NCBI GenBank assembly: GCA_035654355.1
Contig: DASRXC010000132.1
Span: 79-64,078 of the forward strand
Source: Candidatus Binatus sp.
Lineage (GTDB): Bacteria; Vulcanimicrobiota; Vulcanimicrobiia; Eremiobacterales; Eremiobacteraceae
Length of the DNA: 64,000 bases
Direction of reading: 5' to 3'
In this document: piece by piece, positions 54,166 through 63,386 of the stretch
How positions within the stretch are numbered: the first letter of the stretch is position 1
Layout of the letters: the number at the start of each line of letters is the position of its first letter
Position numbers and translations under genes: made by a program
The notes under the pieces: model-generated
The model's database searches: none
What the model was told of the DNA's origin: nothing
What the model saw: only the letters and a program-made list of their open reading frames with translations

Positions 54166-55857
54166 CTAGATGCTCCAGTCGTAGGCGTTCCAGAAGTCGC
54201 TGACCGCAGGCACCGGCTTGAAGCCCCGCATGTCGGCATTGAGCGCGTCGATGTTCGCGCGCCAGACGATCGTGTGACGAGGGATGACTTCGTATTCGCG
54301 CTGCTGCAACTTTAAGACCGCCGCGCGCCTGACCGCGCGGTCGTAGCTCGTCCGTGCCTCTTTTTGGTATTGCCCGATCTGCGCATCGGCGCAGAACGTG
54401 TAGTTCTGGCCGTTCGGCGGCACTTGTTCCGGCCCGAGCGTCAACGTATCGTCGGGTTCGGGGATCGTATAGCTCCAGGCATAGAGGCCAAGGTCGAACC
54501 GCCCACGCGCGAAGGTGCCGTTCGCGCCGTACGTCGCGAACAGCATGTTCGCGTGATCGTTCTTGATTGACAGGTCGACGCCGGCATGGCGCAGATCTTG
54601 TTGAATCAGCTCTTCTGCTTTCTCGCGCGTCGTTACACCGGCGACCGTCGTGATCGTGAGCGAAAGCGGTTGGCCGTTCTTTTCCAGCACGCCATCCGAA
54701 CCTGGCGTCCAGCCTGCGGCCGCGAACAACTGACGGGCGCGCGCAGGATCGAATGGGTATGCGTGGATGTCCGGATCGTACGCCCATGACGAGGGCGCGA
54801 TATCCGCCATGCCGGGCTCGCCGAGTCCGAGATAGACGTTGCGCGCGAGATCGTCCCAATGAATCGAATACGCGATCGCTTGGCGCACGCGCACGTCGTC
54901 GAGCGGCGGCCGCCGGCAGTTGAAGCTGACGTGCTCGAACGACTGGTTCGGACGCGCGGTGACGCGGACACCCGGCATCGCTTTGAGCAGCGCGTATTGC
55001 ACCTCCGGCGCATCGAAGTAGAAATCGATCTCGTGCGTCGAGATCTGGGTCAGCAACGTGTTCTGGTTTGGGATGATGCGGTATTCGATCGCGCGCAGTT
55101 TTGGCGGGCCGCGCCAGTAGTGCGGATTTGCACGCAAATCCAGTTCGACGCCTGGCTGATAATGGGTGACGATGAACGGCCCGCTGCCCACCGGGTTTGT
55201 GTCGAACGGCAGGCGGTTGAGATCGGGATACTTGTCGAGCAAATGCTTCGGGATGATCGATCCGAGGGTGCCGTTGCGCATGAAATAGCCGACGAACGGC
55301 GAGAGCGGCGCCTTCAGGTGGACGATGACCGTATACGGGTCGGGCGTGTCGATCGATGAGACATCATCGTATGGATAGCGCGTCGATGCGTTATTATTCG
55401 GATTCATGATCTGCTGCCAGGTGAACTTCACGTCGGCCGCAGTCAGAGGCACACCGTCGGAGAACGTGACGCCGTGCCGTAAATGGTACGTGATCGTCAG
55501 GCCGTCCCGCGAGATGCCGTGGTTGGCTAGCGTCGGCACCGCGAGCGCGACGTCCGGGATCATTTCGGCGTGGTCGTCATAGTCGATCAATCCCGAGTAC
55601 AACAGCTGACACACGTCGCTAACGAACAGTTCGGTCGAAAGGATCGGATTGAGGTTATCGAGTTCTTCGTACGACCCGATGCGCAACACGCCATGGTGGG
55701 TCCAAGAGTGGCCGCCGGCGGGCGTCGTGCTGCTCGAGATCTTCGTGCACCCGTCCAGGACAAACGCACAGCCCATGACGAGCGAGGCCGACGCGACCAT
55801 TGCCGCTGCCTTGAAAGATCCTGCGCGTTCGGCAGCGCTCGTCACGGCGTCATCCAA
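54166..55857 (-). CDS. ABC-type solute-binding lipoprotein, family 5, copy 4 (orphan)
   Basis: Lipobox FVLDGC. Body collinear with the 34.8-39.8 kb copies (GVLRIGSYEELDNLNPILS, HGISRDGLTITYHLRHGVTFSDG, PHYWRGPPKL). ATG 55857 overlaps the upstream gene by 16 nt; ATG 55800 is an alternative. Confidence 0.87.
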   Translation of the reverse strand: MDDAVTSAAERAGSFKAAAMVASASLVMGCAFVLDGCTKISSSTTPAGGHSWTHHGVLRIGSYEELDNLNPILSTELFVSDVCQLLYSGLIDYDDHAEMIPDVALAVPTLANHGISRDGLTITYHLRHGVTFSDGVPLTAADVKFTWQQIMNPNNNASTRYPYDDVSSIDTPDPYTVIVHLKAPLSPFVGYFMRNGTLGSIIPKHLLDKYPDLNRLPFDTNPVGSGPFIVTHYQPGVELDLRANPHYWRGPPKLRAIEYRIIPNQNTLLTQISTHEIDFYFDAPEVQYALLKAMPGVRVTARPNQSFEHVSFNCRRPPLDDVRVRQAIAYSIHWDDLARNVYLGLGEPGMADIAPSSWAYDPDIHAYPFDPARARQLFAAAGWTPGSDGVLEKNGQPLSLTITTVAGVTTREKAEELIQQDLRHAGVDLSIKNDHANMLFATYGANGTFARGRFDLGLYAWSYTIPEPDDTLTLGPEQVPPNGQNYTFCADAQIGQYQKEARTSYDRAVRRAAVLKLQQREYEVIPRHTIVWRANIDALNADMRGFKPVPAVSDFWNAYDWSI

Positions 55858-57047
55858 ATGCCGCGGCTCATCACGCCGCGGACTCGAGTGGTGGCGGTGA
55901 TATCCTTGCGCGGATCGCCGTCCACCGCGATCAGGTCGGCGGACTTGCCCACGACAAGCGTTCCAGTCTCATGTTCAATACCAGCCGCTCGAGCAGCACC
56001 GGAAGTCGCCGACTCGAGCGCTTGCTCGGCGCTCATCCCAAGCGCGGTCATCAACGATAATTCGGTTGCGAACAGCCCGTGGTGGTTGAAAGGTGTCCCC
56101 GCATCCGTGCCGGCAGCGATCGTTACGCCTGAACGGAGCGCGAGGCGGAAGCTTGCGCGATGGGCGTCGTAGACCTGTTCCGTTTTGCGACGCGCATAGT
56201 CGGGGACTTCGGCGAGGTGCTCGTGCAGGAAATGCGGCGCGCATAACGTCGGCACCCAAGTCGCGCCCGTCTTCTTGAACAGCTTGATCGCCTCATCGTC
56301 GAGATAGCAGCCGTGCTCGATCGTGTCGACGCCAGCACGCAACGCGTTCTTGATCCCCTGATTCCCGATCGCGTGCGCCGCGACGCGCTTGCCCGCCTTA
56401 TGTGCTTCGTGCACGGCGGTCTCGAGCTCGTCCGGATCGAGCTGCGAGCTTCCGACTTCGACGCCCGGCGACAACACGCCGCCGGTCGCGATCACCTTGA
56501 TGCAGTCCGCACCCCGCTTGAGGTTCTTGCGCACCTTTTTGCGCATGTCGTCGGTGCCGTCGGCTTCGTCGGCGATGAACCAACCGTGCCCGCCCGTCAT
56601 GCACACCAATTGGCCAGCGCTCAAGATGCGCGGCCCCGGAACCCATCCTCTGTTGACCGCATCGCGCACCGCGATAGCCGATGCATATTTCGTGCCCAAG
56701 TCGCGCACCGTGGTCACGCCGGCGAGCACGGTGCGACGCGCGCTGTCAGCGCACACCATGACCGCGTTCGCTTCGCTGATAAGCAGCGCGTGCGTGAGGA
56801 AGTCCGGGCCGCACAGCGAGTCTAGATGCGCGTGGAGATTGATCATGCCCGGCATGAGCGTGCCGGGCGCATCGATGACTGTCGCGCCTTTGCTCGCGCG
56901 CGCGAGCGACGCGCGCGGTCCGACCGCTTTGATACGACCGTCTTCGACGAGCACCGCGCCGTTCGGAATCGCTTTCGCTCCGATCCGTGGCAGGACGAGT
57001 TTCGCGCGCACGAGCGTGCGTCGGGCCATCGCGCCTCCTTGCGTCAA
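55842..57047 (-). CDS. amidohydrolase-superfamily metal-dependent hydrolase
   Basis: PGMINLHAHLD (HxH), KVIATGGV, AAHAIG and GTDAG motifs of the TIM-barrel amidohydrolase fold. Substrate not assignable. Confidence 0.85.
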   Translation of the reverse strand: MTQGGAMARRTLVRAKLVLPRIGAKAIPNGAVLVEDGRIKAVGPRASLARASKGATVIDAPGTLMPGMINLHAHLDSLCGPDFLTHALLISEANAVMVCADSARRTVLAGVTTVRDLGTKYASAIAVRDAVNRGWVPGPRILSAGQLVCMTGGHGWFIADEADGTDDMRKKVRKNLKRGADCIKVIATGGVLSPGVEVGSSQLDPDELETAVHEAHKAGKRVAAHAIGNQGIKNALRAGVDTIEHGCYLDDEAIKLFKKTGATWVPTLCAPHFLHEHLAEVPDYARRKTEQVYDAHRASFRLALRSGVTIAAGTDAGTPFNHHGLFATELSLMTALGMSAEQALESATSGAARAAGIEHETGTLVVGKSADLIAVDGDPRKDITATTRVRGVMSRGIWMTP

Positions 57048-58639
57048 CCGTTGCGGACCAAGTCGATCCGCTGGTGTTGGTAATCGAGATAGACGGTGAA
57101 GTGCTGCAACGTCGGCGACCCGATGAGGCCGTCCTCGTCTTCGCTCTCAAACGCGCGCGCTGATTGCGTGACGAACGCTTGGAAATACTCAAAACGCTGG
57201 CCGCCGAACGTGAACGACCGCAATTCGGTGGGCACGAGCAAAATCTCGCCGCCGACACCCTTGCCCACCGTCGCTTGCTCCCGACGGCTCAGCGAGCCGC
57301 CGCCCTGATCGGCGACCGCGTCCGGGTGATCGGCCGCAAATCCGGAGAATACGATCGTGAACACCGATCCGGTGTCTAAAATGAAGTGCGCGCCCGTGGC
57401 GTCGCCGACGGTCGCAGGGACGAGTGGCACGCCGTCGTCAAGCGCGATCGGCATCGACGTCACCCCATCGGGAGCGGTGAAGCGCTCAGGCTCGATCGCG
57501 TCGACGATCCCGGCACTGTAGTCGATGCGGACGACCGCGCCGCGGAAGAAATCGAATCCCAGCAAGCCGACGATCTTGACGTCCGGCAGCGCCTGCGCTT
57601 CGAACGGCAGGGTCGAAACCACGACATCGTGCAGGCGTAAATCCCCGACTTGCATCTCGGGCACGATCGCCTTCGAGCGGTCGAACTGACCTGCGACGAC
57701 TTGCGTCGACCTGCCGATCGTCTGTAAATGAAGGACGGGCACGAGGCCGGAGTCGAGCGCGATGTCTCCCGCTCCCGAGTCGAGCATGAAATCGAGACCA
57801 CGACCGGCGATCATGACGCGCACGACGACGCGGCCGCCGATGATGCGCGCCGGCAGTCGCACTTGCTGTTCGCCGCTTGGGAACTCGACGAGCACGCGGC
57901 GATCCGGCGGAATTGCGATGTCAGAGGGACTGACCGGAGCGTCGTTGCGCAGCGACTGCAGCGTCCACTCTTCGTCGTTGTTGGGATGGCCATCGCTGGT
58001 CGTGCGGTGCCAGGCCTGCATCTCGCCATCGATGGCGCGGTAGTCGCCGTATTGTGTGACCGTCCGCCGCTCTGCGACGACGTCTTCCTCGCGGTCGATG
58101 AGTCCGCTCGCGGCATCGAAGAAGAGCCAAACAAGCCGTCCGCCGCGTGGGTAGACGCGCACGACGTAGGCATCGGTCGGATCGGACACTTCGCCGACGA
58201 GCTCGACGCCGTCGCCCGGCGCTTTCGGGTGATCGAGCGCGTAGTCGATCGCCTTTTCGCTGATCGCGGTCTTCTGATGGATGTCCTGAGTGAATACCGT
58301 CAGCCCGTTCTCGTCTTGACGCCAGCTCTGCCCGTGCCAGCGACCGTTCGACGTGACTAGCGGACCCAGCGTCAGCGTCGCTCGATAGTCCTCGCCCGAT
58401 GTCGTCTCGACGTACGTGCCGTTCAACCCGTGTTCGCTCACGCGCCACACGGCGATCCGGGTATGAAAGCGGCGGTCGCCTTCCGATGTGTCGTAGTGTG
58501 TCAGGACGTCGGCGAGGGTCGCCGCCGCGCTATGCAGTCCGGACGGCGGATCTTCTAATGAACGAGCGGATGCAGCCGCCGGGCAGACGATGCTCGCGAC
58601 TGCGCAGCTGATGAGAACGGTACGGATGACCCCGCTCAT
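57044..58639 (-). CDS. secreted protein with two retropepsin-like aspartic protease domains
   Basis: Signal peptide MSGVIRTVLISCAVASIVCPAAASA and an approximately 230-aa unknown N-domain. Then two domains carrying FMLDSGAGDIAL and FILDTGSVFTIV (D-S/T-G) with flanking GLLGFDFF / GLIGSPTL patterns. Confidence 0.8.
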   Translation of the reverse strand: MSGVIRTVLISCAVASIVCPAAASARSLEDPPSGLHSAAATLADVLTHYDTSEGDRRFHTRIAVWRVSEHGLNGTYVETTSGEDYRATLTLGPLVTSNGRWHGQSWRQDENGLTVFTQDIHQKTAISEKAIDYALDHPKAPGDGVELVGEVSDPTDAYVVRVYPRGGRLVWLFFDAASGLIDREEDVVAERRTVTQYGDYRAIDGEMQAWHRTTSDGHPNNDEEWTLQSLRNDAPVSPSDIAIPPDRRVLVEFPSGEQQVRLPARIIGGRVVVRVMIAGRGLDFMLDSGAGDIALDSGLVPVLHLQTIGRSTQVVAGQFDRSKAIVPEMQVGDLRLHDVVVSTLPFEAQALPDVKIVGLLGFDFFRGAVVRIDYSAGIVDAIEPERFTAPDGVTSMPIALDDGVPLVPATVGDATGAHFILDTGSVFTIVFSGFAADHPDAVADQGGGSLSRREQATVGKGVGGEILLVPTELRSFTFGGQRFEYFQAFVTQSARAFESEDEDGLIGSPTLQHFTVYLDYQHQRIDLVRNG

Positions 58640-58645
58640 GCACGC

Positions 58646-59599
58646 TCACTTGGCGTTCGCACGGCGGCGTTCCGTTCGCAGCGCTCCCAGGTTGAGCCAG
58701 ATGTAGCCGATGAGGCCCGCGGCGATCATGGTCAGCCCGATTGCAAGCGTGAGCTGCGCCGGCGCCGATGCGACGAGCACGTCGGGATACGTGCCAAGGG
58801 TAAAGGTGAGCACGACGCCGCCCTGGCGGATCGGGCGGCCGCTGATGGTCGCACCGCGGAAAAGTTCGGCGCCGTTCTCCTCGGCGATCTGCACGAGCAC
58901 GAACGGCGTCGGGATGTCGATGCCCTTGGCTTCGTCGTGATACGACGGATAATATGCGACGTTGACCGTGCGGTGCAGCGGCGGCACCGCGAAGAAATCA
59001 AGCTGCTCGCCGCCGTGGACGAATGGAAAGAGGAGGTAAGGCGACACGAAGGTGGTGCCTTGCGGCTGAGTCACAGTGACCGGCCTACCGTCAGGCGCCG
59101 TCGCGCGCACCAGCGCGATCGGGCCGGACGTCACGCGCAGAACGAATTGTCCGAACCTGCGCGTCTCACCGACGTGCATCGTCTCAGGCGGCCGCGAGCC
59201 GCGCAGCAGCTCCACCGTCTCGGGTGCTGCCAACGCGTCGCCGCCCGGTACTTGCGCCGGCGGAAAGCGGATTGCGATGGCCGAGCCGCTGCGCAACGGC
59301 GTGATTTGGCCGGGCGATCCGGCGAGTGCGTGCGGTGGCCCGACGGTGAACGCCGCGACGACCATAGAAGCGCAGAGCAACGCGCCGCCGATTCCTGCGA
59401 GCGCCGCAAAACGTTCCTCGCCCGAGGCCCGCATCGTCGATGCCGCCGAGACGAGCAGCACCAGGCCGGCTATGGCGGCGGCGACCGTAAACCCCCACTG
59501 GTGGAAAACCGCTTCGAAGGGTTTGTTCTCGAAGACCACCGCTGCGGCAGCCGCGATGATGGCGATGATCAAAGTCGTCATGCCCGCCCGCATGGCCAT
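58646..59599 (-). CDS. hypothetical membrane protein (N-terminal helices, large extracytoplasmic domain, C-terminal helix)
   Basis: Helices TTLIIAIIAAAAAVVF, FTVAAAIAGLVLLVSAAS, LAGIGGALLCASMVVAAF and C-terminal LTLAIGLTMIAAGLIGYIWL, flanking an approximately 190-aa soluble region. No family recognised. Confidence 0.7.
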   Translation of the reverse strand: MAMRAGMTTLIIAIIAAAAAVVFENKPFEAVFHQWGFTVAAAIAGLVLLVSAASTMRASGEERFAALAGIGGALLCASMVVAAFTVGPPHALAGSPGQITPLRSGSAIAIRFPPAQVPGGDALAAPETVELLRGSRPPETMHVGETRRFGQFVLRVTSGPIALVRATAPDGRPVTVTQPQGTTFVSPYLLFPFVHGGEQLDFFAVPPLHRTVNVAYYPSYHDEAKGIDIPTPFVLVQIAEENGAELFRGATISGRPIRQGGVVLTFTLGTYPDVLVASAPAQLTLAIGLTMIAAGLIGYIWLNLGALRTERRRANAK

Positions 59600-59641
59600 T
59601 ATCTTTGTAACGTTCCGGCAAAACTCCGGTCATACAGAAGT

Positions 59642-59836
59642 ATGTCAAGATGTGCCTTTTGTGGCGGCGAGCAGCGTCTCGGCCAGCATTTTTTTGCACA
59701 CCGCTACTCGCACCGCAAGCTCGAGACGATCAAGGTCTGCGAGCGCTGCGAGGCCTCGGCTCACAAAGCCGGCTTTACGCTGGCTGAGCGAGAGCCCAAG
59801 CTAGGGCCGGAATACTTCACAACGACGCCGCCCTAA
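59642..59836 (+). CDS. possible small zinc-ribbon protein (64 aa)
   Basis: An ATG-initiated 64-aa reading frame in an otherwise empty 244-nt gap: MSRCAFCGGEQRLGQHFFAHRYSHRKLETIKVCERCEASAHKAG..., with CxxC-x26-CxxC. It is the only non-antisense part of ORF 58937..59836. No clear RBS. Confidence 0.4.
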   Translation: MSRCAFCGGEQRLGQHFFAHRYSHRKLETIKVCERCEASAHKAGFTLAEREPKLGPEYFTTTPP

Positions 59837-59843
59837 GGCCGCG

Positions 59844-60407
59844 TCACCAGTAGCGTTCTTCCTTCCACGGATCGGCATCGTTGCTATAACCCCGCACTTC
59901 CCAAAAACCGGGTTTGTCTTCAACGCTGAACTCGACGCCGTTGCACCACTTGGTGCTCTTCCAGAAATAGCGCTTCGGGATGAACATCCGCATCGGACCG
60001 CCATGGATCGCTTCTAACGGTTTGCCTTCGTATTGATAGGCGAAGAGCACATCGTCGTCAGCTGCGACTGTCAGCGGAACGTTGGCGCTGTAACCGTTCG
60101 CGCCGTGCGTGACCACGAACTTCGCGGCGGCCTGCGGCTTCGCTAACTTGATGATCTCGGCGAAAGGAACGCCGAACCATGTCGTGCCGAACTTGGTCCA
60201 GCGCGTCACGCAGTGGATGTCGGTCTTGACCGATTTGCCGGGCAGCGCCGTGAACTGCGACCAGCTGAGCTCCTGGGGCGCATCAACCGCACCGAAAATG
60301 CGGAACCGCCAGCGCTCTTGGTCGAACGACGGAATCGCGCCGACGTGAAGCACCGGAAAGTCCCGCACGGAGTATTGACCGGGCGGCAAGCGCGCATCTT
60401 TGCTCAT
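59844..60407 (-). CDS. small molybdopterin-binding oxidoreductase (sulfite-oxidase-fold, YuiH/YedY-like catalytic domain)
   Basis: LPPGQYSVRDFPVLHVG..., WRFRIFG, DIHCVTRWTKFGTTWFGV and GYSANVPL follow the Oxidored_molyb domain pattern. 187 aa. Confidence 0.8.
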   Translation of the reverse strand: MSKDARLPPGQYSVRDFPVLHVGAIPSFDQERWRFRIFGAVDAPQELSWSQFTALPGKSVKTDIHCVTRWTKFGTTWFGVPFAEIIKLAKPQAAAKFVVTHGANGYSANVPLTVAADDDVLFAYQYEGKPLEAIHGGPMRMFIPKRYFWKSTKWCNGVEFSVEDKPGFWEVRGYSNDADPWKEERYW

Positions 60408-61072
60408 ACCGAGCTCCCTCGGGATGCGCGCTGCGTTGCCAGCGCACTATCGATCGCATCGATCATCTCGCGCGCAGCGCGTCGCGGGTCGTCGGCGTTG
60501 GCGACATAGCGCAGCACTGAGAAGTTGCGCGCGCCTGCGCGAACCACATCGCCGACGTTGCCTGGCTCTAGACCGCCGATCGCGAAGAACGGCTGCACCG
60601 CGTGAGCGGCTGCGTAGCGCACGAGCGGCGTGCCGACGGCCGGCCGGCCGGGCTTCGTCGGCGTCTCGTGGATCGGCCCGACGCCGATGTAGTCGACATC
60701 CAGCGCAGCGTCGACCTGTTCGGACGAGTGCGTCGATAATCCGATGAAAGCGTCCGGTCCCATCAATGCGCGCGCTTCCTCCACCGGCAAGTCATCCTGG
60801 CCAAGATGCACGCCGTCGGCGCCCGCCGCGCGTGCGATGTCAGCGCGGTCATTGACGATGAACGGCACGCCGAGCCGCCGGCACAAGCGCGCGGCCTCGC
60901 GTGCAGCAGCCAGCAGCTCCCCGTCATCCAAACGCTTTTCGCGCAGCTGCACCATGTCGACGCCGCCTTGAACGGCTGCCTCTATGACTCCGAGCAGGCC
61001 GAGCTTCGGCGATGTATCGGTGATGAGGTACAGCCTGCGATCGCGCAGCGCCGTGCGAAGTGCTTGGGTCAA
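60404..61072 (-). CDS. thiE: thiamine-phosphate synthase
   Basis: RLYLITD..., VQLREK, FIVNDRADIA, GVHLGQDD, IGLSTH and GVGPIHETPTK family pattern. 4-nt overlaps on both sides. Confidence 0.9.
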   Translation of the reverse strand: MTQALRTALRDRRLYLITDTSPKLGLLGVIEAAVQGGVDMVQLREKRLDDGELLAAAREAARLCRRLGVPFIVNDRADIARAAGADGVHLGQDDLPVEEARALMGPDAFIGLSTHSSEQVDAALDVDYIGVGPIHETPTKPGRPAVGTPLVRYAAAHAVQPFFAIGGLEPGNVGDVVRAGARNFSVLRYVANADDPRRAAREMIDAIDSALATQRASRGSSV

Positions 61073-61281
61073 CCGCCGCCGACCATCTGCGCGATTTCGA
61101 TGCGATCCCCCGCCGCGATCGGCGTCTGCGCGAACCGATCGCGGGCCAGCGGCTCGCCGTTATATTCCACGACGACCTGCATCATCTGCAGCCCGGCTTC
61201 GGCGATCACGTCCGCTACGGTCGTGCCCGCTGCGATTTCGCGCGCTTTCCCATTCGCGAAGAATCGAAGCGTCGTCATCAA
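61069..61281 (-). CDS. thiS: sulfur-carrier protein ThiS
   Basis: 70 aa ending in ...IEIAQMVGGG (C-terminal Gly-Gly), between thiH and thiE. Confidence 0.85.
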   Translation of the reverse strand: MMTTLRFFANGKAREIAAGTTVADVIAEAGLQMMQVVVEYNGEPLARDRFAQTPIAAGDRIEIAQMVGGG

Positions 61282-62426
61282 CTTGCCGCAGCCGTGCCAA
61301 GCGGGCGTTGCTGGTCACGCGCGTGCATGACTTCCCAATCCTTGTACACGGGTTCGTATCCGAGTTCCATCAACCGCCGCGCGACTTCGTCGGGCGAACG
61401 GTGATCCTCAAGCGCGAACTGCTCGCCGGCTTGGCCCGGCTCGTCATAGCCGCCCGGCTCCGTGCTGGAACCGGCGCTCATCATCGTGATGCCCAATGGC
61501 ACGAGGTGGTCGCGCAGCGCCGGCGTCTCGCGCGTCGAGAGCGTGATGCCGGCGGTCGGCAACGCGAGACGCAAGAAGACGAGAAAATGCACGAAGTCGC
61601 GGTCATCGACGGGATGGGCCGGCGTGAATCCGCCCTCCGCGCGATTGATGCGCGGAAGCGACACGTTGATCTGACTGCGCCAGCAATTTCGCTCGAGCCA
61701 GCGTGCGTGTTGCACGAGCGATAGCGCTTCGAAGCGCCAATCCGCCAGTCCCAGCAGCGCGCCGATACCCAAGTGCTGCGCGCCGGCTCGCGCTGCCCGC
61801 AGCGGCGCGTCAAGCCGCCACGTGTACTTCATCTTTGGACCGCCGACGTGGTAGCGGGCATACGCGTCTGGATCGTACGTCTCTTGATACAGCACGATCC
61901 CGTCACAGCCTGCGTCGACGAACGCGCGGTAATCATCTTCCTCTGCAGCCGCGATCTCGAGCGCGACGTAGGGCGCGATGCACTTCGTCTCGCGCACGCA
62001 TTGCGCGACGTATTGCGCGTTGACGCGCTTCGGGTGTTCCGCGGACACGAGGAGCACGTTGCGCATGCCGCGCGCGGCGAGCGCCCGCGCCTCGCGCACC
62101 ACCTCGTCGATGCGCAGCGTACGGCGTTTGATCGGCAGGCCCATCGAGAAGCCGCAATACGTGCACGTGCAGACGCATTCGTTCGACAGATAGAGCGGCG
62201 CGTACAGCGAGATCGTCTTGCCGAAGCGTTCAACGGTCGATCGGTGCGCTTCGCGGGCCAGATCTTCCAATAGATCGCCGGCGGCCGGAGCGAGAAGCGT
62301 CGCCGCGTCGTCCAACGTGCTCAGTTTGCGCGCTACGGCATCGCGCACCATGTCCGCGGTCGAGCGCGAGCGTCGTTCGAGCAGATCGCGCGTCAGCGAC
62401 GCGTCAAAAACGGATGAGAAGCTCAC
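61278..62426 (-). CDS. thiH: 2-iminoacetate synthase ThiH (radical SAM)
   Basis: Start set at GTG 62426 (GTGA overlap with the thiG stop). [19 protein letters not shown] contains CxxxCxxC. The remainder is ThiH/biotin-synthase-like. The ORF-track N-terminal 145 aa overlap thiG and are rejected. Confidence 0.87.
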   Translation of the reverse strand: MSFSSVFDASLTRDLLERRSRSTADMVRDAVARKLSTLDDAATLLAPAAGDLLEDLAREAHRSTVERFGKTISLYAPLYLSNECVCTCTYCGFSMGLPIKRRTLRIDEVVREARALAARGMRNVLLVSAEHPKRVNAQYVAQCVRETKCIAPYVALEIAAAEEDDYRAFVDAGCDGIVLYQETYDPDAYARYHVGGPKMKYTWRLDAPLRAARAGAQHLGIGALLGLADWRFEALSLVQHARWLERNCWRSQINVSLPRINRAEGGFTPAHPVDDRDFVHFLVFLRLALPTAGITLSTRETPALRDHLVPLGITMMSAGSSTEPGGYDEPGQAGEQFALEDHRSPDEVARRLMELGYEPVYKDWEVMHARDQQRPLGTAAAS

Positions 62427-63247
62427 GATTGGCGCGTTTGTGTTGGATCGAGAAAACCGGTCAGCGGGCTTGAGGCTGACGCGGCCCGCAACTCTTGTGC
62501 GCGGCCCGCAAGGTATGCGCCGCGTCCGGCCTCGACACCGAGCGCGAACGCGCGCGCCATGCGCACGGGATTTGCAGCTGCCGCGATCGCTGTGTTGACC
62601 AGCACCGCGTCTGCGCCCATCTCCATCGCCGCCGCTGCGTGCGAAGGAACGCCGAGACCCGCGTCGACCACGACGGGAACGGTCGCCTGCTCGATGATGA
62701 TCGCGATCGCGGTCTCCATCTTCAAGCCTCGTCCGGATCCGATCGGCGCGGCGAGTGGCATCACTGCAGCGACGCCGACCTCTTCCAAGCGTTTGGCGAG
62801 CACGGGATCGGCGTGGATGTATGGCAGCACCGTGAAGCCCTGCGCGACGAGTTGCTCGCACGCTTTGAGCGTTTCGATTGGATCAGGCATTAAGTAGCGT
62901 GGGTCAGGAATGACCTCGACTTTGATCCAGTCCGGAAAGCCGGCGGAACGCGCGAGCTTCGCGAGCCGAACGGCTTGGGCGGCGTCGACCGCGCCCGAGG
63001 TGTTCGGCATGATGAGATAGCGCTCGCGATCGATGAAGTCGGTGATCGGATTCGCCGGCGCGTCGAGGTCGACGCGGCGCACCGCGACTGTGACGAGTTG
63101 CGTCTTCGCGGCGGACAGCGCGTCTGCCATGAGCTCTGGGCTTGAGAACTTGCCGGTGCCGACGATGAGGCGCGATTCGAAGGTGCGGCCGCCGAGCGAG
63201 AGGTGGTCGGTCAAAAGTGTGACTCCAGGAGTTCGGGTTGTTTCCAT
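62423..63247 (-). CDS. thiG: thiazole synthase ThiG
   Basis: [19 protein letters not shown]..., [17 protein letters not shown] and VDAGLG family pattern. ATG 63247 per the ORF track. TTG 63214, with CTGGAG 8 nt upstream, would give the more usual short N-terminus. Confidence 0.9.
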   Translation of the reverse strand: METTRTPGVTLLTDHLSLGGRTFESRLIVGTGKFSSPELMADALSAAKTQLVTVAVRRVDLDAPANPITDFIDRERYLIMPNTSGAVDAAQAVRLAKLARSAGFPDWIKVEVIPDPRYLMPDPIETLKACEQLVAQGFTVLPYIHADPVLAKRLEEVGVAAVMPLAAPIGSGRGLKMETAIAIIIEQATVPVVVDAGLGVPSHAAAAMEMGADAVLVNTAIAAAANPVRMARAFALGVEAGRGAYLAGRAQELRAASASSPLTGFLDPTQTRQS

Positions 63248-63260
63248 TCTGCGGGATATT

Positions 63261-63337
63261 GAGTGATTCCCCGGCCGCGCTCTTAACGCAGGTGGAGCAA
63301 CGCCGCCGCGGAACCCTCAGCGCGGGCTCATTCACAC
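63261..63337 (-). promoter_or_regulatory. probable TPP (THI-box) riboswitch in the thiG leader
   Basis: The minus-strand RNA reads GUGUGAAUGAGCCCGCGCUGAGGGUUCCGCGGCGGCGUUGCUCCACCUGCGUUAAGAGCGCGGCCGGGGAAUCACUC. It has a CUGAGG (consensus CUGAGA) element, an ACCUG...GGGAA 3' half, GAGC/GCUC and CUGCG/CGCGG helices, and P1 GUGUGA/UCACUC with one mismatch. It sits directly upstream of thiGHSE. Called by eye only. Confidence 0.55.
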
Positions 63338-63386
63338 GAACGAGCCGTTTCCCGGTTTGTTCGAGATTTCGTCCGTAGGAGGCGCA

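Noticed and set aside
58937-59641. Upstream two-thirds of the 299-aa plus-strand ORF 58937..59836
   Set aside because: Antisense to the membrane protein 58646..59599 and Arg-rich. Only the last 64 codons, which lie in the intergenic gap and start with their own ATG, were kept as a tentative small CDS.
62427-62861. N-terminal 145-aa extension of the thiH ORF
   Set aside because: It lies inside thiG in another frame and is extremely Arg-rich. A GTGA stop/start overlap at 62423-62426 gives a ThiH of normal length.
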